Part shown: in pieces, positions 7,610-11,854 of the stretch
Layout of the letters: the number at the start of each line of letters is the position of its first letter
Numbering within the stretch: position 1 is the stretch's first letter
The notes under the pieces: model-generated
What the model saw: only the letters and a program-made list of their open reading frames with translations
Told to the model about the DNA's origin: nothing
Database searches by the model: none
Translations under genes and position numbers: made by a program
NCBI GenBank assembly: GCA_043810635.1
Contig: JBDRNY010000013.1
Coordinates: 1-11,854, forward strand
Direction: 5' to 3'
DNA length: 11,854 nt
Origin: Candidatus Micrarchaeota archaeon
Lineage (GTDB): Archaea > Micrarchaeota > Micrarchaeia > Anstonellales > Anstonellaceae

Positions 7610-9802
7610 ATGGTCAGGAAAGAGTATGTTGTTTCAGAAGTTCAGAAGATGATGGGCAATCTGAAAAATGTGAGAAATGTTGCAATAGTTGCCCACGTGG
7701 ACCACGGCAAAACCACTTTAACAGATTCTTTAGTAGCAAGAGCCGGATTAATTTCAAAAGAAACTGCAGGCGAGCAGAGAATGATGGATTTTGACGAGCA
7801 GGAGCAGGCAAGGGGAATTACAATAAAATCTGCAAATATTTCAATGGCATTTCAGGTAGAAGGAAAAGACTATTTAATCAATTTGATTGACACCCCCGGC
7901 CACGTAGACTTTGGGGGCCATGTAACACGCGCCATGCGCGCTGTTGACGGAATTGTATTGGTAGTGGATGCAGTGGAAGGGGTAATGCCCCAAACCGAAA
8001 CTGTATTGCGCCAGGCATTAAAAGAAAAAGCAAAGCCGTGCGTATTTATCAACAAAGTTGACAGGCTGATTAATGAATTAAAATTAACAGACAAGCAGAT
8101 GCAGGAAAGATTGCTCAAAATAATAACCCATTTAAACAAATTAATCGGGCAATACGCTCCAAAAGAGCATAAAGACGATTGGGCTATTGATGTTAAGAAA
8201 GGAAGCATTGCATTCGGCTCTGCATTCCAAAAATGGGCAATGTCTGTTGCCGCAATGGAAAAATCCGGTATAAAATTTGCAGATATTATCAAATTATGCT
8301 CTGAAGGAAAGCACGAGGAATTGTCTGACAAAGCCCCGCTGGATGATGTATTGCTGGATATGATGATTAACCACCACCCTTCCCCCGACTTTGCCCAAAA
8401 ATACAGAATTCCCGCAATATGGAAAGGGGATGTTGAAACTGAAGTTGGAAAATCATTGATGAACTGCTCTCCTGAAGGAAAAACAGTGGGGGTTTGCATA
8501 GGGGTTGTAAATGACCCGCATGCAGGAGAAGTTGCAATTGTACGCCTTTTCTCCGGGAGAGTGAGAAAAGGCAATATGCTTTACCTTGCTTCAAAATTCC
8601 GGGAAGAAAAAGTGCAGCAAGTGGCTATTTATATGGGCCCTGACAGGGTTATGGTTGACAATGTTATTGCAGGAAATATTGTAGGCATATTAGGATTGCG
8701 GGATGTTTATGTAGGAGAAACAGTATCTACAGGCGAAGTTGAGGCATTCGAGCAGATAAAGCATTATTCCGAGCCTGTTGTTACAAAATCTATTGAAGCA
8801 AAAGATTCCAAGGATTTGGCAAAACTAATCAATGTATTGCGCGGGCTTTCAAAAGAAGACCCTACATTAAAAGTTGAATTAAGCCAGGAAACCGGGGAGC
8901 ATTTAATTTCAGGAATGGGAGAATTGCATTTGGAAATTATTGAATATAAAATATCAAAAGAAAAGAAAGTGCCTATTACCACCTCCCCGCCCATTGTAGT
9001 ATACCATGAAATGCTTACCGGAAAAATTGACAGGCCTATTGAAGGCAAATCCCCAAATAAGCATACCAAATTAAAATTTATGATCGAACCCCTTGAAAAA
9101 TCTGTTTATGATGCAATGGTTGCAGGGGAAATTCCGGATGGCAAGCCGAAGGGGAAAGTGCTTGTTGAGAAATTGGTTGAATTGGGCATGCCACGCAACC
9201 AGGCAAAATCTGTTGTCCACATCCACCACAAAAACATGCTTATCAATGACACAAGGGGAATTCAGTATTTGAATGAAATAATGGAAATGGTTATACAAGG
9301 ATTTGAGGAGGCAATGGACAAAGGGCCTCTTGCAAAAGAAAAAGTTGTCGGAGTAAAGGTGCGGATTGTTGATGCAACAATCCACGAAGACCCTGTGCAC
9401 CGAGGGCCTGCGCAAATAGTTCCTGCCACAAGAAGGCCTATTTATGCGGGAATGCTTATTGCAGGGGTGTCATTGCAGGAGCCAAAGCAAAAGCTTACTA
9501 TTTTAGTGCCCCAGGATTTTGCCGGCAATGTAATCACCCTTATACAAGGAAGAAGGGGGCAGATGCTTGACATCCAGCAGGAAGGCGAGCAGGCAACAGT
9601 TATTGCAAAAGTGGCGGTTGCAGAATTATTCGGCTTTGTGGATTCTCTCCGCTCGGCTACCCAGGGAAGGGCAATCCCATACCAGGAATTTGAAGGCTAT
9701 GAAAGCATGCCAAGGGATTTGGTTGCAAAAGTGGTGCAGCAAATTAGGGAGAGAAAGGGCGACAAGCCCGACCCTCCCAAACCCCAGGATTTCATGGATT
9801 AG
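7610..9802 (+). CDS. fusA: Translation elongation factor aEF-2
   Basis: AHVDHGKTT, RGITI, DTPGHVDF, NKVD, GMGELHLE and the diphthamide loop HEDPVHRGPAQ. Start likely ATG 7610 (GAGGT SD at 7598-7602) rather than 7595. Confidence 0.98.
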   Translation: MVRKEYVVSEVQKMMGNLKNVRNVAIVAHVDHGKTTLTDSLVARAGLISKETAGEQRMMDFDEQEQARGITIKSANISMAFQVEGKDYLINLIDTPGHVDFGGHVTRAMRAVDGIVLVVDAVEGVMPQTETVLRQALKEKAKPCVFINKVDRLINELKLTDKQMQERLLKIITHLNKLIGQYAPKEHKDDWAIDVKKGSIAFGSAFQKWAMSVAAMEKSGIKFADIIKLCSEGKHEELSDKAPLDDVLLDMMINHHPSPDFAQKYRIPAIWKGDVETEVGKSLMNCSPEGKTVGVCIGVVNDPHAGEVAIVRLFSGRVRKGNMLYLASKFREEKVQQVAIYMGPDRVMVDNVIAGNIVGILGLRDVYVGETVSTGEVEAFEQIKHYSEPVVTKSIEAKDSKDLAKLINVLRGLSKEDPTLKVELSQETGEHLISGMGELHLEIIEYKISKEKKVPITTSPPIVVYHEMLTGKIDRPIEGKSPNKHTKLKFMIEPLEKSVYDAMVAGEIPDGKPKGKVLVEKLVELGMPRNQAKSVVHIHHKNMLINDTRGIQYLNEIMEMVIQGFEEAMDKGPLAKEKVVGVKVRIVDATIHEDPVHRGPAQIVPATRRPIYAGMLIAGVSLQEPKQKLTILVPQDFAGNVITLIQGRRGQMLDIQQEGEQATVIAKVAVAELFGFVDSLRSATQGRAIPYQEFEGYESMPRDLVAKVVQQIRERKGDKPDPPKPQDFMD

Positions 9803-9831
9803 CTTTTATTCTTTCCCCCCATTCTTTTTTC
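9803..9831 (+). terminator. Possible oligo-T archaeal terminator after EF-2
   Basis: Pyrimidine-rich tract ending in a run of seven T, directly after the stop codon. Confidence 0.4.
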
Positions 9832-9832
9832 A

Positions 9833-10063
9833 ATGGCCCGCGTCGGGTTTCCCATACCTTGCATTGTAAACGGGAGCGGGCTGCTGCTTGTTTCCCCAAA
9901 TGGTGAGAGGAAGTATTCTGTTGTTCACTGTGTTTTGCGGGACAACTGTGCCCATAAAAAAAGAAATATTTTTGGAAAAACCGTTTGCGACTATATTGGG
10001 GAGCCGCTTACAGAAAAAGCCTTCCAAAATATCAAGATGAAATCAACTCAAAATGGAAGATAG
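9833..10063 (+). CDS. Small hypothetical protein (76 aa)
   Basis: ATG-initiated ORF filling the gap after EF-2; 4 Cys; no recognised family and no clear SD. Confidence 0.4.
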   Translation: MARVGFPIPCIVNGSGLLLVSPNGERKYSVVHCVLRDNCAHKKRNIFGKTVCDYIGEPLTEKAFQNIKMKSTQNGR

Positions 10064-10133
10064 CATTTTCAGGCATATTCCAGCATAAATTTATAAAATG
10101 TTTAACATATGAAATTCATTTAAGGTGATATTT

Positions 10134-10184
10134 ATGGGCGGAAAGAAAAAGAAGAAGAAAGGCGGCTGCGGCTGCTGCGGATGA
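10134..10184 (+). CDS. Putative 16-aa peptide MGGKKKKKKGGCGCCG
   Basis: AGGTGA SD (10123-10128) 5 nt before the ATG, TTTATAAA TATA-like box at 10090-10097, TGA stop at 10182-10184. Confidence 0.55.
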   Translation: MGGKKKKKKGGCGCCG

Positions 10185-10187
10185 GTC

Positions 10188-10236
10188 TTTCTTTTCTTTT
10201 TAAAAAGAAAAGAAACCCTCGGGAAAGAAAAGAAAA
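10188..10236. repeat. Mirror+inverted repeat element, copy 4, intergenic, opposite orientation
   Basis: TTTCTTTTCTTTTT (10188-10201), exact reverse complement AAAAAGAAAAGAAA (10202-10215), linker CCCTCGGG, 13-nt mirror AAAGAAAAGAAAA (10224-10236). Confidence 0.9.
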
Positions 10237-10239
10237 TCA

Positions 10240-11040
10240 TTATTCATAAACAAAAGGCGGCCTTGCATCCCAGAATTCAATTGTTTTTGCTTTTGCATGC
10301 CTCAATAATATTTTGTGAATATCGCTTCCATACTGCATAGCTTTTTTCGGCCTTTCAATTGCGCTTTTTGGCACTTCCAGCAATTTGGCAATTTTTCTTA
10401 AAAGCGGCTTTTTCATTTTAGGGGTGCCTATCCTTTCTTTTACAGGCACTTTTGAAATTTCATCAATCAATTTCTTGTCCATAAAAGGAAACCTTGCATC
10501 CACACCGCAATATTTTGCAACAGCTCCAGTCCTTTTCAAATCACGCGAAGGCAGAGTACTAATTTCTTTTTTTAATATCTCCTTCAAATCCTTTCCTTCA
10601 GAAAACCTGTTGTAATATTTTTGATAGCCTATAAAATTCTCCTCAGCACCCGAACCAAACAATATTACCCCATCCTCCAATTGTTTTGCCTTTTTGCAGC
10701 ACTCGTATGCCCCAACCATTAATTCAATGTCTGTAAGCGTGCCCGGCATTATTTTCCAGCAAATTTCATAGCTTTTCAAAATTTTCTTTTCATCAAGCAA
10801 TACCAAATTCAATTCCAGCCCAAGTTCGCCCGCAGTTTCCTGTGCCGCCTTTATGTCATGGCTGTTTTCCATGCCTGTTGCAATAATATCAGTTGTTACT
10901 TTCTTTTTTGCTATTGTTGCAATTGTTGCAGAATCCAATCCCCCTGAAAACGCAATTGCCACTTTCCCTTGAGGCAAAGTTTTTTCCACCGCCTCCTCTA
11001 ACAATTTTGCCAATTTATCAATTTCCATAAGAATTCTCAC
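10240..11040 (-). CDS. Asparagine synthase C-terminal (PP-loop ATP pyrophosphatase) domain protein, no glutaminase domain
   Basis: AFSGGLDS, GSGAEE, RFPFMD, KKPLLR, RPKKAMQYGS. The GTG start overlaps the upstream TGA (GTGA). Confidence 0.9.
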   Translation of the reverse strand: MRILMEIDKLAKLLEEAVEKTLPQGKVAIAFSGGLDSATIATIAKKKVTTDIIATGMENSHDIKAAQETAGELGLELNLVLLDEKKILKSYEICWKIMPGTLTDIELMVGAYECCKKAKQLEDGVILFGSGAEENFIGYQKYYNRFSEGKDLKEILKKEISTLPSRDLKRTGAVAKYCGVDARFPFMDKKLIDEISKVPVKERIGTPKMKKPLLRKIAKLLEVPKSAIERPKKAMQYGSDIHKILLRHAKAKTIEFWDARPPFVYE

Positions 11041-11624
11041 TTTTTCTTTTTTCCAAGCAAATCTCTAATCAAAGAATTAAATATCTGGTTTAATGCGGGT
11101 ATAAAGTAAAATGCAATAACAATTCCGATTATTGCCCCTGTCAGAAATCTAATTATATTGGTGCTTTCCCTCAAATGAAGAATTTGGGTGCCTCCATCAA
11201 GCACAATAGGCACCATTGCAATAATAAGAAATATGGGGTGGGGCCACACTTCATCATCTATTTTTCTTAAAAATAAAAATACCAATCCTCCAATCAGCAT
11301 GGAAAAGTAAATTCCAATATCCCTTGAGCAAACAGGTATCTTATATCCAATTTCCCCTTTTGAATTTTCAATAATTTCATGCTTTCCCACCTGAAATATT
11401 TCGTTTTGGGGGGTGCAATCTGAAATAATATTTTCCCCTTCAGCATAATAACAATAAGAGCGGGAGTCCAGTTGGTGGCATGTAAATCCAAGCGCCCAGT
11501 AAATTGGCTGGGCAATTTCCCCCTCCCCTATTGAAAGCAATAGAGGGGGCAAAAATATTGTTAAATTAAATAATAGCATTGCAATTATGAAAATATAAAA
11601 TCCATAAGCAATATTTTTTTGCAT
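11037..11624 (-). CDS. DUF2085-like membrane protein
   Basis: CHQLDSRS and PVCSRDIGIY motifs, LDGGTQ, ESTNIIRFLTG, several TM helices. Start ATG 11624 or TTG 11633. Confidence 0.85.
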   Translation of the reverse strand: MQKNIAYGFYIFIIAMLLFNLTIFLPPLLLSIGEGEIAQPIYWALGFTCHQLDSRSYCYYAEGENIISDCTPQNEIFQVGKHEIIENSKGEIGYKIPVCSRDIGIYFSMLIGGLVFLFLRKIDDEVWPHPIFLIIAMVPIVLDGGTQILHLRESTNIIRFLTGAIIGIVIAFYFIPALNQIFNSLIRDLLGKKKK

Positions 11625-11662
11625 ACCAACCAATCCGCATCTGTATTTATAAAAACTGTTCT

Positions 11663-11706
11663 AAATCGGGCCTTAGCTTGCCCTAGAGGGCAAGGCGCCC
11701 CGATTT
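11663..11706. repeat. Nested hairpin downstream of tRNA-Arg containing a copy of the tRNA 3' end
   Basis: AAATCGGG (11663-11670) pairs with CCCGATTT (11699-11706) and encloses CTTGCCCT-AG-AGGGCAAG (11677-11694). AAATCGGGCC recurs at 11711-11720. Confidence 0.7.
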
Positions 11707-11714
11707 CAAAAAAT

Positions 11715-11854
11715 CGGGCCCGGTGAGATTTGAACTCACGGCCTTTGTCTGTCTCCTGCATTCCTTTTCTTTCTTTTTGGAAAATGCCGTCGGTTCTTTC
11801 TTTTTCCCCGAGGGTTTTTTCTTTCTTCCAAGAAAGAAAAAGGGCTCTTAGGAG
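11715..11854 (-). tRNA. tRNA-Arg(CCT), partial (5' part outside the window), with a 98-nt intron at 37/38 (intron 11751-11848)
   Basis: CT-CCT-A at 11854-11849. Perfect BHB helix CTCC/GGAG with bulges TA^A and AC^A. 3' exon A-GACAA-AGGCC-GTGAG-TTCAAAT-CTCAC-CGGGCCC-G. Confidence 0.88.
11794..11841. repeat. Mirror+inverted repeat element, copy 5, in the tRNA-Arg intron
   Basis: TTCTTTCTTTTT (11794-11805), linker CCCCGAGGGT, exact mirror TTTTTCTTTCTT (11816-11827), CC, exact reverse complement AAGAAAGAAAAA (11830-11841). Confidence 0.9.

Noticed and set aside
7870..8574. 234-aa minus-strand ORF and other short ORFs overlapping sod, the TPR gene, the dehydrogenase and the Asn-synthase gene
   Set aside because: Antisense or off-frame shadows of well-supported genes, with no motifs.
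7610..9802. Diphthamide-less EF-2 paralog
   Set aside because: The target His is intact in HEDPVHRGPAQ.
9803..9831. Sixth copy of the mirror/inverted element
   Set aside because: Pyrimidine tract only, with no complementary purine arm.
10134..10184. Ribosomal protein eL41 call for the basic peptide
   Set aside because: It lacks the Arg/Trp-rich eL41 pattern and has a Gly/Cys tail instead.
580..11841. CRISPR array interpretation of the repeats
   Set aside because: Copies are dispersed and non-identical, with no regular spacers and no cas genes.

Overview
AT-rich archaeal genomic window. Archaeal-type TpiA and aEF-2, GGTG/GGAG Shine-Dalgarno motifs, TATA boxes, CCA-less tRNAs and BHB introns support this; a DPANN/Micrarchaeota-like origin is my inference only. 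Coding content: partial tpiA, a Cys-rich lipoprotein, Fe/Mn SOD, a TPR protein, an HNH-transmembrane fusion, small membrane/hypothetical genes, a coiled-coil protein, a D-2-hydroxyacid dehydrogenase, a histidine phosphatase, EF-2, a possible 16-aa peptide, a stand-alone asparagine-synthase domain and a DUF2085-like protein. Three minus-strand tRNAs (Ser-CGA, Thr-CGT, partial Arg-CCT) each carry a long 37/38 intron (58, 76 and 98 nt). The main unexplained signal is a ~43-49 nt element present five times: in all three introns, next to an orphan tRNA 5' fragment, and once intergenic. Its sequence differs between copies, but each copy keeps an exact mirror repeat plus an exact inverted repeat, the geometry of an intramolecular triple helix. 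The intact tRNA-Thr and a 398-aa gene also sit between an orphan tRNA 5' fragment and an orphan, precisely delimited tRNA 3' exon.
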